Part shown: one piece after another, positions 8,681-18,714 of the stretch | Position numbering within the stretch: position 1 is the first letter of the stretch | Layout: every line of letters begins with the position of its first letter | From: an uncultured delta proteobacterium | GTDB taxonomy: Bacteria; Myxococcota_A; Polyangia; Polyangiales; B10-G4 | Reading direction: 5' to 3' | NCBI GenBank assembly: GCA_963727445.1 | Contig: CAVSGI010000012.1 | Location: 256,001-320,000, forward strand | Length of the DNA: 64,000 bases | Made by a program: the position numbers and the translations under genes | Notes under the pieces: model-generated | Database searches by the model: none | What the model was told of the DNA's origin: nothing | What the model saw: the letters and a program-made list of their open reading frames with translations, nothing else

Positions 8681-9928
8681 TCAGCGTTCGGCGAAGAGCC
8701 GGCCGCGCTCGGTGGTGAGCACCACGGTCAGGGAGAGGACGCCGAGCACGACGAAGCCGAGGAGCACCGGCATGGTGGTGCCGTCGTATTGACGCGCGAT
8801 GGCGCCGCCGATGACGCCCGAGAGGGTCGTGGTGGCGAAGCCGAAAGCGGAAGAGGCCGTGCCGGCGATCTCGCCCAGCGGCTCCATCGCGAGGGCGTTG
8901 AAGTTGGTCCCGATGAGCCCGAAGAACGCGAACATCAGGCCGAAGAGGGGGAAGAAGAGCCAGAGCTCCTGCCCCACGAAGCGCATCGAGAGCCAGAGCA
9001 CGATGGCGATGACGGTGAAGACAACCAGAGCAAAGTGGCTCATGCGCCGCATCCCGAAGCGTTCGACCAGGTTCGCGTTCGCGAAGTTCGCGGCCGAGAG
9101 CATGGCGGCGACCACCGCGAACCACAGGACGAAGGTCTCTCCCTGATCGAACACCTCGCGGAAGATCTGCTCTGCGGAGGAGACGAAGGCGAAGAGCGCG
9201 CCGAAGATGATGCCACCTGCCAGCATGTAGCCGAGCGTGACGCGGCTCCGGCCGATCATGCGGTACGCAGCGAAGGTCGTCGCGAGGTCGAGGGGCCGGC
9301 GCGCATCGGCCGGCAGGGTCTCCGGGAGCCGCACGAAGATCCAACCGAGCATGGCGAGGCCCGCGAAGGTGAGGACGTAGAAGCACCACCGCCAGGGCGC
9401 GACGAAGAGCACTACCTGGCCGAGGGCTGGCGCGAGGATGGGCACGATCATGAAGACGGTCATCACCAGCGACATGATTCGCGCCATGCCGCGCCCCCGG
9501 TAGAGGTCGCGTACCACCGCGAGGGAGACCACACGGCAGCCGGACGCGAAGACGCCCTGCACGAAACGCATCGCGAGCAATAGCGCGAAGCTCTGTGCCA
9601 TTGCGCAGGCGAGCCCCGCGATCGCATACCCGACGAGAGAAACGAAGAGGACCGGCCGTCGACCGAAGCGATCGGAGATGGGCCCGAAGACCAGCTGCGG
9701 CGCGCCGATGCCGAGGATGTAGGCGACGACCACCAGCTGCTGGTCGTTGGGGTTCTGAACGTGGAGATCACTCGCGATGATCCCGAGGGCCGGGAGCATC
9801 ACGTCGATCGCGAGGGCGTTGAGCGCCATGAGCCCCGCCACCATCGGAACCAGCTCCCGTGTGTGGAGCGGTAAGCCCACGCCGACCTCTGGCTCAGCGG
9901 TGGGGATGGCGGAATCGGGAGAGGACAC
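8681..9928 (-). CDS. Bcr/CflA-family MFS multidrug efflux transporter
   Basis: LNALAIDVMLPAL, MFS motif A GPISDRFGRRPV, VVRDLYRG, PILAPALG, LPETL, about 12 TMs. Confidence 0.92.
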   Translation of the reverse strand: MSSPDSAIPTAEPEVGVGLPLHTRELVPMVAGLMALNALAIDVMLPALGIIASDLHVQNPNDQQLVVVAYILGIGAPQLVFGPISDRFGRRPVLFVSLVGYAIAGLACAMAQSFALLLAMRFVQGVFASGCRVVSLAVVRDLYRGRGMARIMSLVMTVFMIVPILAPALGQVVLFVAPWRWCFYVLTFAGLAMLGWIFVRLPETLPADARRPLDLATTFAAYRMIGRSRVTLGYMLAGGIIFGALFAFVSSAEQIFREVFDQGETFVLWFAVVAAMLSAANFANANLVERFGMRRMSHFALVVFTVIAIVLWLSMRFVGQELWLFFPLFGLMFAFFGLIGTNFNALAMEPLGEIAGTASSAFGFATTTLSGVIGGAIARQYDGTTMPVLLGFVVLGVLSLTVVLTTERGRLFAER

Positions 9929-10039
9929 CGCCCTCTTCTTGGGGCATCGGACGCGGGCGGTAAAGAGGGAAAGGCTGGAGGCGTCCTTCTCTCGAACGAG
10001 TGGTTGACCGTGCGCGGCTTTCGCGGCCCACTCCCGGCC

Positions 10040-10441
10040 ATGCGCCTTTCGGTTCTCTGCCTTTCCCTCGTGGTCGCCCTCGGCTGCGGCGGCACGAGCG
10101 AGACCGAAAGGCGTGGTGAGCTGCCGCCTCCCGATACGACCGGTGGTGCGACCGAACAGATGGCCGACGACGGGCGCATCTTTCTCGCCCTGCCGGAGGA
10201 TGGCTCGTTGGGTGATCTCGCGTCGGTTCTGAGGCGCCGCCGCGACGAAGGGACGCCGATCCTGCAGATCATCATTCACACCGCCCGCTCGGCCCACGCC
10301 GACGCGGCGCAGAACTACCTGGACGCGATCCGCGCGCTCACACGAAGCCTGGAGCTCGAGCCCGAAGTCTTGATCGGTGCGCCGGCTGAGGCGCCGCTCG
10401 TGACGATCGTGACGCGACACCCTGCGCCCGTGGGCCCCTGA
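10040..10441 (+). CDS. Hypothetical lipoprotein
   Basis: MRLSVLCLSLVVALGC lipobox. Confidence 0.65.
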   Translation: MRLSVLCLSLVVALGCGGTSETERRGELPPPDTTGGATEQMADDGRIFLALPEDGSLGDLASVLRRRRDEGTPILQIIIHTARSAHADAAQNYLDAIRALTRSLELEPEVLIGAPAEAPLVTIVTRHPAPVGP

Positions 10442-10452
10442 CGGCGTCTCGC

Positions 10453-11160
10453 TCAGGCCTGGGCGCGGCGTGACGTGACCACGTCCAACAGGGGGCCGAT
10501 TCCTTCGCCGCGGCTCAGCGCGATCAAGCGCGCGCCGCTCGCACCGGCGGAGAGCGCGCGCCCATATGGCTGATCGGCACCCCAGACGACACGAACGATC
10601 TCCGGGGGGAGCTCCTTGAGCGCAGCCGCGACGTTGGATGGCGGCATGAGACAGGGATCGTACCCGTCCACCACCACGACCAGCGGCTTCTTCTCGTTCA
10701 CGACCGCGCGGAGGGTGCGGACGCTGGGCGCGTGAGACACCTCGGCGAGCTCGCTGCCGAGGGCGATGACCAGAGTGCGTCCCAGCTTCTGCGTCTTGGC
10801 CAGGATCGTGACCGGGACCAGCTCGTTCACCCCCGACACCGCCAGGGTCTTGGTCACCGTGGGCTCCTTGCCGGCGTGCACCAGGTCGGGCCATGCCTCA
10901 TCGGATTCGGGGCGGAGGCCGAGCATGCGATCGAGTCGCGAGGCGACCTGTTCGCGGATGTCGGCGCCGGCCGCCGCTTCCAGGGCGGGAAGGAGCGAGC
11001 GCTCGACGAAACCCAGGACGGCGTCGTCATCATCGGGAACCGCACCATGCGCCACCAACGCCTCGAACATCACGCGGGTGGCGCGCTCGGGGCTGATCGC
11101 CTCCTCCAAGGTCTGGCGGATGATGAGAACCTCGGCGTCGGGCGGAGGCACGGTCGACAC
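10453..11160 (-). CDS. Hypothetical protein with degenerate receiver-like C-terminal domain
   Basis: Protein-like composition and an alpha/beta pattern (VTILA, PLVVVVDG, VRVVWG). Start uncertain. Confidence 0.6.
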   Translation of the reverse strand: MSTVPPPDAEVLIIRQTLEEAISPERATRVMFEALVAHGAVPDDDDAVLGFVERSLLPALEAAAGADIREQVASRLDRMLGLRPESDEAWPDLVHAGKEPTVTKTLAVSGVNELVPVTILAKTQKLGRTLVIALGSELAEVSHAPSVRTLRAVVNEKKPLVVVVDGYDPCLMPPSNVAAALKELPPEIVRVVWGADQPYGRALSAGASGARLIALSRGEGIGPLLDVVTSRRAQA

Positions 11161-11233
11161 GCCGGCTACTATGCCAGAAAAGAAGATGCGGTCACTTGAC
11201 CAGGCGGGAGGCACCTGGTTTCGTTGACGAACG

Positions 11234-12097
11234 ATGGGACGTTTTCGGTCGATTTCCGGCGTGACCGCGTTGCTCTTGGCGCTCTCCTCGAGCGCCTGTG
11301 CCAACGACACGTCCGATCCGGGTCCGAGTGCCGCGGTGACGGATACGGTCGCCGGTTTCGACGTGAGCCCGGGTGGCGCCGCGGACGGGTCGAGCTTCGT
11401 CATCGACGCTGCTTTCGGCGAGAGCTACACGGGCCACCTCGAGCCACTGCCGCCGGGAAGCGATCGCTCGCTGGAGGACATGGAGGGGCACATGGCCATC
11501 CTCCGCCTTCGCCTTGTCGACGACGCGACCTTCGCCGTCGTGCTCCGGCGCACCGGAGGGAGCCTCGATCCCTTCCTCATCGTGCGCGACCGCGCAGATT
11601 TCGACGTGTCGCACGACGACCAGGCCGTGCTCCCGATGGCCGAAGAGTCCGATGCACTCACCGTCATCAACGGTACGGCCGGCGCCGACTACGTCATCTT
11701 CGGCTCCGACCGCGAGCTCGCCCAGAGCGGCGACTATCGGATCGACGTCATCGGGCTCGACGTGCCGACCGTGGATTTCGGCGTCACCAACGCTGGGCTA
11801 CGGGCCGTCACCGACATCCTCCGGACCAACGAGCCGACCCTCGCGGGCTATCTCGCCGATGGCGTGCTGGTCGAAGAGGTCGATGGGAGTGTCTCCATCG
11901 ACTCGGGCGGCGCCATGACGCTCCCGCTGGCCGAGCGCGCGAGCCTCAACGGCTTCGTGTCGAACCTCAACACCACGCGCACGACCCTCTTCGAGCAGAT
12001 CCTCTACGCCCACAGCCTCGAGGTCACGGACGAGGCCAAGGCCCTCGTCGGACAGGGAATGGCTCAGGTGTGGTGGGGCGCGCGCCGCGCCCCCTGA
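11234..12097 (+). CDS. Lipoprotein with PPC-like beta-sandwich
   Basis: Lipobox SSAC. SLDPFLIV...HDD...SDA...ADYVI...SGDYRIDV pattern. Confidence 0.7.
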   Translation: MGRFRSISGVTALLLALSSSACANDTSDPGPSAAVTDTVAGFDVSPGGAADGSSFVIDAAFGESYTGHLEPLPPGSDRSLEDMEGHMAILRLRLVDDATFAVVLRRTGGSLDPFLIVRDRADFDVSHDDQAVLPMAEESDALTVINGTAGADYVIFGSDRELAQSGDYRIDVIGLDVPTVDFGVTNAGLRAVTDILRTNEPTLAGYLADGVLVEEVDGSVSIDSGGAMTLPLAERASLNGFVSNLNTTRTTLFEQILYAHSLEVTDEAKALVGQGMAQVWWGARRAP

Positions 12098-12748
12098 TCA
12101 CGCCGGGGCGACGACATCCGCGGGCTCGCCGCCGAAGTGGTCCCAGAACTCGGCGCGTACGTTGTGATGGGGGAAGGGCTGGTCGGGGACCGGCACTTGG
12201 AGGAACTCGCAGAGCGGCTCCCAGCCGTCGGCGACGTTGAAGACGAGGAGTCGCTCCTTCGGGATGAGCTCGCGAACCCGGCGGTTGTTCTGCCGGTAGG
12301 CGGCGATGGCGGATTCCCTGTCGGTGAAGTCGGTGAAGGTCTGCTTCAGGAAGCCGCCCTTCATCGTCGCGAAGATGTCCGCGAAGTGCGGCGGGAGTTG
12401 GAGCGTCTCGGACAGAGCGAAGAACTTGCCGATGGTCTTCGAAAAGCTCCTCCACCAGTCCTCTTCGGGGCGCTCGGTGTGGATGACCTTCGCCTCGGGG
12501 AAGGCGATGGATGCCTCGTGCCAGACCTGGGCGCCTGGCCAGTCCACCTGGCTGTTGTAACCGCGATACACCTCCGCCCAGTCGACGTCCTCGCGCGCGA
12601 AGACCGCCTTCCAGTGCGCCAGCTGTTCCGGGTGCTCCATGATTTCCGTCATGTGGTGGGTCGGCCCGAAGCCGAGGGTCCCGAGAGCGTCTTTCATGGT
12701 CATGGTTCCGGTGCGGCCGAAGCCCGAGCCGATGATCTTCAGGGTCAT
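12098..12748 (-). CDS. Sulfotransferase family protein (P-loop-like)
   Basis: KIIGSGFGRTGT, HHM, VDWP, FPEAKVIHTER, ERLLVF, GWEPLCEFL, FPHHN. Confidence 0.9.
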   Translation of the reverse strand: MTLKIIGSGFGRTGTMTMKDALGTLGFGPTHHMTEIMEHPEQLAHWKAVFAREDVDWAEVYRGYNSQVDWPGAQVWHEASIAFPEAKVIHTERPEEDWWRSFSKTIGKFFALSETLQLPPHFADIFATMKGGFLKQTFTDFTDRESAIAAYRQNNRRVRELIPKERLLVFNVADGWEPLCEFLQVPVPDQPFPHHNVRAEFWDHFGGEPADVVAPA

Positions 12749-12826
12749 GTCTTTTCTCCGTCGTTCGAGGTGAGATAGGTTTCGGATGGTTCGGGTCGTC
12801 GGGCCAGCGAAACGATTTCATGCGCC

Positions 12827-13780
12827 GTGAATGAGATTCAGCTCCACCAGATCGACCTGAATTTGCTGGTCGTCTTCGAGGTTTTGATGGAGGAGCGCAG
12901 CGTCACGCGGGCCGCCAAGAAGCTCGGCAAGACGCCTTCCGCGGTGAGCCATGCGCTCGGTCGACTGCGCGATCAGGTGGGCGACCCGTTGATGGTCAAG
13001 GTCGGCGGCAAGATGCAGCCGAGCCCCTTCGCCGAGGCGCTGATCACGGACGTTCGGCCGATCCTGAAGAAGATCGCGCGGATCGTGCAGCCGCCCGAGC
13101 CTTTCGAGCCGGCGACCAGTCATCGCGTCTTCCGGATCGCGACGCCCCACCTCACGCCGCTCACCGCCGACGTCTCCGAGCGCGTTCATGCCGAGGCGCC
13201 GAACGTCGGGCTCGAGTGGCGTTCCATCAACTCGAAGGACTACCAGCTCGTCGCGGAGGGCGAGCTGGACCTCGCCCTCGGCGCCATCCAAAAGGTGCCG
13301 GAAGGCATCGTCCACGAGGAGCTACCGACGCTGAGGCGCTACACCTTCGCTCGCGACGGGCATCCGGCGCTCGAGCGCTGGGACGAAGCTGCCTGGATCT
13401 TCTGGCCGCACGTCATGGTGGGCATCTCCGATGCGGCGCGCCAAACGGTCGAGGAGCGCATGGCTCAGATGGGCGTCGAGCGCCGCGTGGGGGCGCGCAT
13501 CCCGGAGTTCAGCGCCATCGCGCCGCTCCTCGCTTCGACCAACATGCTGGCCAACCAGGTGCCCATCTTCATGGTCGACGACATCGCGCGCTACGGGCTG
13601 CGTATCCTCGAGTCACCGGTTGCGTTGCCCGACCTGACGCTGCGCTTCGTCTGGAGCGCTCGCCTGGCGAACGAGCCGGGCACGCGGTGGCTCCGCGAGA
13701 TCGTGATGGAGAGCTTCGGACGCGTCGTCGAGCGCGCCGAGTCCATCGTCCGAGAAGCCGGCATCATCGAGCCGGTGTGA
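12827..13780 (+). CDS. LysR-family transcriptional regulator
   Basis: IDLNLLVVF...RSVTRAA...TPSAVSHALGRLR HTH. Divergent from the sulfotransferase. Confidence 0.93.
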   Translation: MNEIQLHQIDLNLLVVFEVLMEERSVTRAAKKLGKTPSAVSHALGRLRDQVGDPLMVKVGGKMQPSPFAEALITDVRPILKKIARIVQPPEPFEPATSHRVFRIATPHLTPLTADVSERVHAEAPNVGLEWRSINSKDYQLVAEGELDLALGAIQKVPEGIVHEELPTLRRYTFARDGHPALERWDEAAWIFWPHVMVGISDAARQTVEERMAQMGVERRVGARIPEFSAIAPLLASTNMLANQVPIFMVDDIARYGLRILESPVALPDLTLRFVWSARLANEPGTRWLREIVMESFGRVVERAESIVREAGIIEPV

Positions 13781-13828
13781 CGCGTCACGGCGAAGAAACC
13801 AGCGCAACGGATGGGGTATGCTCGGCGC

Positions 13829-15205
13829 ATGGCTTTCCTCCGCCCTCGCTCTCGTTTCCTCCTCGCGACCTTTCTCCTCATGGCTGCGTGTAGCGGCGAC
13901 GACGGTGCAGCGGACACCGGCGCATCTGACGCGGCGCCGGACGCGAGTGATGCGGGTCCCGACGCAGATGCGTCGCCGGACGGTGCGGCTGACGCCACAC
14001 CGGATGCGGACGCGAGCATGGACGCGGCCCCTGACGCTGCGGACGCGGGGTCCGACGCATCCGATGCCTCGGCCGACGCGTACGATTCGGCGGCGGACAC
14101 GTCCGACGCGGCGGCTGATGCCGCGACCGACGGAGGAACCGCGGCGGTGGTCACGGCGCGGACGATGGCCCTGGGCAATGGGCACACCTGCGTGATCTCT
14201 TCGACCAACACGGTTCTCTGCTGGGGGCACAACGACAAGGGGCAGCTCGGGGACGGAACGACGACCGATCGGAGCGCGCCCACTACCGTGCCCGGCATCG
14301 GTGGCGCGCGCTCTGTCGCCGCCGGCCACTCGCATACCTGCGTGGTCCTCGACACGGGGGAGGCGCGCTGCTGGGGTGAGAACGGGTCCGGCCAGGTCGG
14401 CTCAGGCGCGACCTCGACGCTCGAGGCCTCTCCGCTCGCGGTATCCGGCATCACGAACGCCGAGCGGATCGAGTCGTTCTGGGCGCACAGCTGTGCGCTC
14501 CTCGCGGACCAGACGGTCGCGTGCTGGGGCTCGAACAGCGGACGCCTCGGTGACACGACGACGACGACGCGGAGCGCTCCGGTGGCCATGGACGGGATCA
14601 CCGGCGCCATCGACGTCGGTGCCGGCTGGGGTCACTCCTGCGTGGCGCTCACGGGAGGCGGCGTTCGGTGCGCGGGGACCTACAACAACTGGGGACAGCT
14701 CGGGGACGGGACGACGATGACGCGCCTGTCGCCCGTCGACGTCTTGGACCTGAGCAACGCGGTCGCGCTCGGGATCGGCAGCTACCACTCCTGTGCGATC
14801 ACCTCGGCGGGCACCGTTCGCTGCTGGGGAAACAACCAGACGGGTGCGCTGGGCATCGGGACGACGGACGATTCAGTGCACGGGATGCCGGTCGACGTGC
14901 CCGGGCTGAGCGATGTCGTCCAGATCCGCGGCGGGAGCGCGCTGACCTGCGCCATCACATCCAGCGGGGCGCTCTATTGCTGGGGAAATGGCATCGGGGA
15001 CGGAAGCAGCACCACGCATCCATCCCCCGTGGAGATCACGAGCGTTACCGACGCGGTCGAGATCGCGCTCGGCACCGATCACGCGTGCGTGAAGTCGGGC
15101 TCGGGGGCGATCCAGTGCTGGGGTTGGAACGGCTACGGCCAGCTCGGCGATGGCACGACGACCGACGCCGACGCGCCGGTGATGGTGACGGGCTCGCCTT
15201 TCTGA
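13829..15205 (+). CDS. RCC1-repeat (beta-propeller) lipoprotein
   Basis: Lipobox MAAC, DA-rich linker, seven repeats of G..H(T/S)C......G...CWG.N..GQLG. Confidence 0.9.
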   Translation: MAFLRPRSRFLLATFLLMAACSGDDGAADTGASDAAPDASDAGPDADASPDGAADATPDADASMDAAPDAADAGSDASDASADAYDSAADTSDAAADAATDGGTAAVVTARTMALGNGHTCVISSTNTVLCWGHNDKGQLGDGTTTDRSAPTTVPGIGGARSVAAGHSHTCVVLDTGEARCWGENGSGQVGSGATSTLEASPLAVSGITNAERIESFWAHSCALLADQTVACWGSNSGRLGDTTTTTRSAPVAMDGITGAIDVGAGWGHSCVALTGGGVRCAGTYNNWGQLGDGTTMTRLSPVDVLDLSNAVALGIGSYHSCAITSAGTVRCWGNNQTGALGIGTTDDSVHGMPVDVPGLSDVVQIRGGSALTCAITSSGALYCWGNGIGDGSSTTHPSPVEITSVTDAVEIALGTDHACVKSGSGAIQCWGWNGYGQLGDGTTTDADAPVMVTGSPF

Positions 15206-15301
15206 AGCTCTGCTGCGCCTTGCGCTGCACGACTCTCACGGATGCTAACGCGCCGACTGCAATTGTTCGTGAGCGCTGAACTGCGCGTCGCAAAACTCGC
15301 G

Positions 15302-15318
15302 TGTCAACTCCGTTGACA
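15302..15318. promoter_or_regulatory. Perfect palindrome overlapping a consensus -35 box
   Basis: TGTCAAC-TCC-GTTGACA. TTGACA at 15313-15318 with TTTCAT 17 nt downstream. Confidence 0.5.
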
Positions 15319-15339
15319 GGCACGGAGTTCGGGCGTTTC

Positions 15340-17115
15340 ATGGAATTCGTGCTTCGTTGTCTTGTCGCGCTGGGGGGCGTCGTCGTCCTTCTCTGCGGCT
15401 GCGATGAAGCGACGTCGGGCACATCGGGATGCCCGAGTGACACCGCCGGGCTTCAGAGCGAGATCCTCATTCCTCGCTGCGCAACCTCCGGCTGTCATTC
15501 CGCGGCGGACATGGCCCAGGGGCTCGACCTGGAGTCTCCCGGGCTCGAATCGCGTCTGGTGGATGTGCCCGCGCGTGGATGCGAGGCGCAGGTGCTGGTG
15601 GTGCCGGGCAGTCCCGGCGCGTCGCACCTCTTTCGCAAGCTGACCGACGTGTCGCCCCTCTGCGGGACGCGCATGCCGTACCAGAACGAGCCGCTCTCCC
15701 TCGACGAGCAGCGCTGCGTGATGGACTGGATCGCCGGGCTCCCGCCCCTCCCCGCCACGGACGCGGGCATGAGCGACGGTGGAAACGTCTGCGGCGCCGG
15801 CCTCACGGATTGTGGCGGCATGTGCGTCGACACCATGACCAGTGTGTCGGACTGCGGGGCCTGCGGTGCCGCGTGCCCGCCTGGGGCCACCTGCGACACG
15901 GGAACGTGCGCTTGCCCCGCGGGCCTCGACCAATGTGGCAACGATTGCTTCGACCTCCAGACGGAGGCTTCGCATTGCGGCAGCTGCGACACGGTGTGCT
16001 CTGCGGGTCAGACCTGTGTCGACGGGGCCTGTTCGTGCAGCGGCGGGCTCGCGGATTGTGGTGGCACCTGCGTGGACACCCAGACGAGCGAGAGTCAGTG
16101 CGGCGATTGCTCGACCGCGTGTGCGGCAGGTGAGATCTGCACGAGCGGCTCCTGCACGTGCACCGCCGGGCTCACGCTCTGTGGAACGACGTGCGTCGAC
16201 GTCATGACGGATGTCGCACACTGCGGCGCTTGCGGCACGGCCTGTTCTGCTGGCGACGTGTGCTCGGGCGGCGCCTGCCTCTCCACGTGCCCGGCGGGCA
16301 CCACCGACTGCACCGGTTCCTGTGTCGATACGGCGTCGAGCACCTTGAACTGTGGCGCCTGCGGGCGCGCGTGCCCTTCCGGAACGACCTGCTCCGGCGG
16401 CGTCTGCGTTTGTGAATCGGGCCTCATGCTCTGCGGTTCGAGCTGCGTCGATACGAGCAGCGATTCGGGTAACTGCGGCACGTGCGCGCACCGCTGCCCG
16501 ACCGGGACCTCCTGTTCCTCCGGGACTTGTACCTGCGGTTCGGGGCTCACCCTCTGTGGTTCGAGTTGTGTGGACCTCACCAGCAGCTCGAGCAACTGTG
16601 GCGCATGCGGGCGCGCATGCACGGGCAGCACGTCGTGTTCCGGCGGTGCGTGCACGTGCAGCGCCGGGCTGACGCTCTGCGGTTCGAGCTGCGTCGACGT
16701 CTCCACCGATCCTTCGAACTGCGGCTCGTGTGGAAGCGTCTGTCCGAGCGGCGAGATGTGCATGGGAGGGACGTGCAGCTGTGGTCCCAGCGTCTCCTTC
16801 GCGTCCGACGTACAGCCGATCTTCACCTCGAGTTGTGCCTTGATGGGCTGTCACGCCGGCGCCGCTCCCGCGCAGGGGATGTCGCTCGAGCCGGGGAGCG
16901 CATTCGGCGAGATCGTCGGCGTCCCGGCGTCCGAATGCATGGACGGACGCTTGCGCGTCGAGCCTGGTGCGCCCACGACGAGCTACCTGATCCACAAGCT
17001 GACCGGCGTCGCCATGTGCTCCGGGAACATGATGCCCGCGCGCGGATCCTCGATTCCGTCCTCGCAGCTGGCGCTCATTCAAGGGTGGATTTGCGAGGGG
17101 GCGCCGAACAACTGA
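15340..17115 (+). CDS. Lipoprotein: CX4CH cytochrome-c-like domain, 8 Cys-rich repeats, second CX4CH domain
   Basis: CATSGCH...RMP...WI and FASDVQPIF..CALMGCH...MMP...WI.EGA. Eight ~41-aa, 8-Cys repeats (CVDT....NCG.CG..C; STIG1/MXAN_6577-like). Confidence 0.85.
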   Translation: MEFVLRCLVALGGVVVLLCGCDEATSGTSGCPSDTAGLQSEILIPRCATSGCHSAADMAQGLDLESPGLESRLVDVPARGCEAQVLVVPGSPGASHLFRKLTDVSPLCGTRMPYQNEPLSLDEQRCVMDWIAGLPPLPATDAGMSDGGNVCGAGLTDCGGMCVDTMTSVSDCGACGAACPPGATCDTGTCACPAGLDQCGNDCFDLQTEASHCGSCDTVCSAGQTCVDGACSCSGGLADCGGTCVDTQTSESQCGDCSTACAAGEICTSGSCTCTAGLTLCGTTCVDVMTDVAHCGACGTACSAGDVCSGGACLSTCPAGTTDCTGSCVDTASSTLNCGACGRACPSGTTCSGGVCVCESGLMLCGSSCVDTSSDSGNCGTCAHRCPTGTSCSSGTCTCGSGLTLCGSSCVDLTSSSSNCGACGRACTGSTSCSGGACTCSAGLTLCGSSCVDVSTDPSNCGSCGSVCPSGEMCMGGTCSCGPSVSFASDVQPIFTSSCALMGCHAGAAPAQGMSLEPGSAFGEIVGVPASECMDGRLRVEPGAPTTSYLIHKLTGVAMCSGNMMPARGSSIPSSQLALIQGWICEGAPNN

Positions 17116-18704
17116 TGCCCCACCTGCGCGACATCGTCGGGGCTCCAGGCGTGGCCTGTCTGATGACGTTGTTTGGTTGCTCCGGGTCCGAAGGCGGGCC
17201 CGCGGGCCTGCCCTGTCCGACCGATATCGAAAGCCTGCGGACGGAGGTCTTCGCGGCGCGCTGCGCCACCGCCGGCTGCCACGCCGCGACCAATCCGCAG
17301 CTGGGCCTGGACCTCGAGTCGCCGAATCTGGCCGCGCGGCTGGTCGACGTTCCGTCACAGAGCTGTTCCGGTTGGGTGCTCATCTCACCCGGGAATCCGA
17401 GCCAGTCCCTCCTCTTCCGCAAGACGGCGGACGACGACGTGCCCTGCGGCGAGCAGATGCCACTAGGTGGGTCGCGCCTCGAGAGCGAAACGCTCGGTTG
17501 CATGCTCGGGGTGATCGAGGAGTTGCCTCCCTCTGACGGCGGCGTTGTGGTCCCGGATACCGGCGTCCCGATGGACAGCGGCATGACGACATGCGACGCC
17601 GGGACGGCGTGCGGCAGCGGCTGCGTCGACCTCATGAGCGATGACGCGAACTGCGGCTCCTGCGGCAACGCGTGTGATTCGACCAGAGCGTGCGTGAGCG
17701 GCTCCTGTGAGTGTGTTGCGCCCGCGACCGACTGCGGGGGGCGATGCGTCGATACCCAGACCGAGGCGACGGATTGCGGCGGTTGCGACATGGCCTGCTC
17801 GGTGGGGCAGAGCTGCACTTCGGGGGCGTGCACGTGTCCGACGGGCCAGATGCTCTGCGGCGGCGCTTGCACCGACACGCAAACCAGCGCGAGTGACTGC
17901 GGCGCCTGCGGTCGTGGATGCGCTTCTGGTGAGATCTGTGTCGGAGGGGCGTGCGCGTGCACCTCCGGCCTCACGATGTGCAGCGGAACCTGCGTGGATA
18001 CGAACACGAGCGTGACCAACTGCGGTGGTTGTGGCACGACTTGCGCGTCGGGAGAGGTGTGCGCGGGTGGCGCATGCATCCTGTCGTGCCCGAGCGGCAC
18101 GACCGACTGCAGCGGCTCGTGCGTCGACACCATGACCAGCACCGCTCACTGCGGTGGGTGCGGCACCGCCTGCCCGGCCGGGACGAGCTGCAGCGGAGGC
18201 ACCTGCGTCTGCTCCTCCGGCCTGACCTTGTGCGGCTCCTCCTGCGTGGACACGGCCACCAGCTCCGCCAACTGCGGCTCCTGCGGCGCCCTCTGTCCCA
18301 CCGGGACCACCTGCTCCGGAGGCTCCTGCGTCTGTTCGTCGGGGCTGACCCGTTGCGGCTCTTCGTGCGTCGACACCTCGACGAGCTCCACCAACTGCGG
18401 CGGTTGCGGCACGAGCTGTCCTTCCGGCGCGACCTGCGTCGCGGGCGCCTGCACGTGCGGCTCCGGGACGACGCTGTGCAGCGGGAGCTGTGTCGACACC
18501 GCGACGGATCCGAGCAACTGCGGCGGTTGCGGGATGTCCTGCGGCGCCGGGACCTCTTGCTCCGGCGGGATGTGCAATTGCCCGCCCACGCTCACGAACT
18601 GCTCCGGCACCTGCGTGAGCCTCTCCAGCAGCACGACGAACTGCGGCTCCTGCGGCAATGCGTGTCCCATCGGTCAGGCGTGTCGGATGGGCACCTGCCG
18701 ATGA
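17115..18704 (+). CDS. Paralogous lipoprotein: CX4CH cytochrome-c-like domain and 9 Cys-rich repeats
   Basis: TGATG overlap with the upstream gene, lipobox LFGC, CATAGCH...QMP, nine repeats. Confidence 0.85.
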   Translation: MPHLRDIVGAPGVACLMTLFGCSGSEGGPAGLPCPTDIESLRTEVFAARCATAGCHAATNPQLGLDLESPNLAARLVDVPSQSCSGWVLISPGNPSQSLLFRKTADDDVPCGEQMPLGGSRLESETLGCMLGVIEELPPSDGGVVVPDTGVPMDSGMTTCDAGTACGSGCVDLMSDDANCGSCGNACDSTRACVSGSCECVAPATDCGGRCVDTQTEATDCGGCDMACSVGQSCTSGACTCPTGQMLCGGACTDTQTSASDCGACGRGCASGEICVGGACACTSGLTMCSGTCVDTNTSVTNCGGCGTTCASGEVCAGGACILSCPSGTTDCSGSCVDTMTSTAHCGGCGTACPAGTSCSGGTCVCSSGLTLCGSSCVDTATSSANCGSCGALCPTGTTCSGGSCVCSSGLTRCGSSCVDTSTSSTNCGGCGTSCPSGATCVAGACTCGSGTTLCSGSCVDTATDPSNCGGCGMSCGAGTSCSGGMCNCPPTLTNCSGTCVSLSSSTTNCGSCGNACPIGQACRMGTCR

Positions 18705-18714
18705 CTTTCGACCG

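Noticed and set aside
8681..10894. Apparent 737-aa MFS protein with a long N-terminal extension (similar cases at 7737-9389, 16482-18704 and 57657-60323)
   Set aside because: The extensions overlap other credible genes and are low-information. Internal starts fit better.
15790..18700. Cys repeats as multiheme or ferredoxin motifs
   Set aside because: The CxxC units lack the following His and ferredoxin spacing. In exported proteins they are more likely disulfides.
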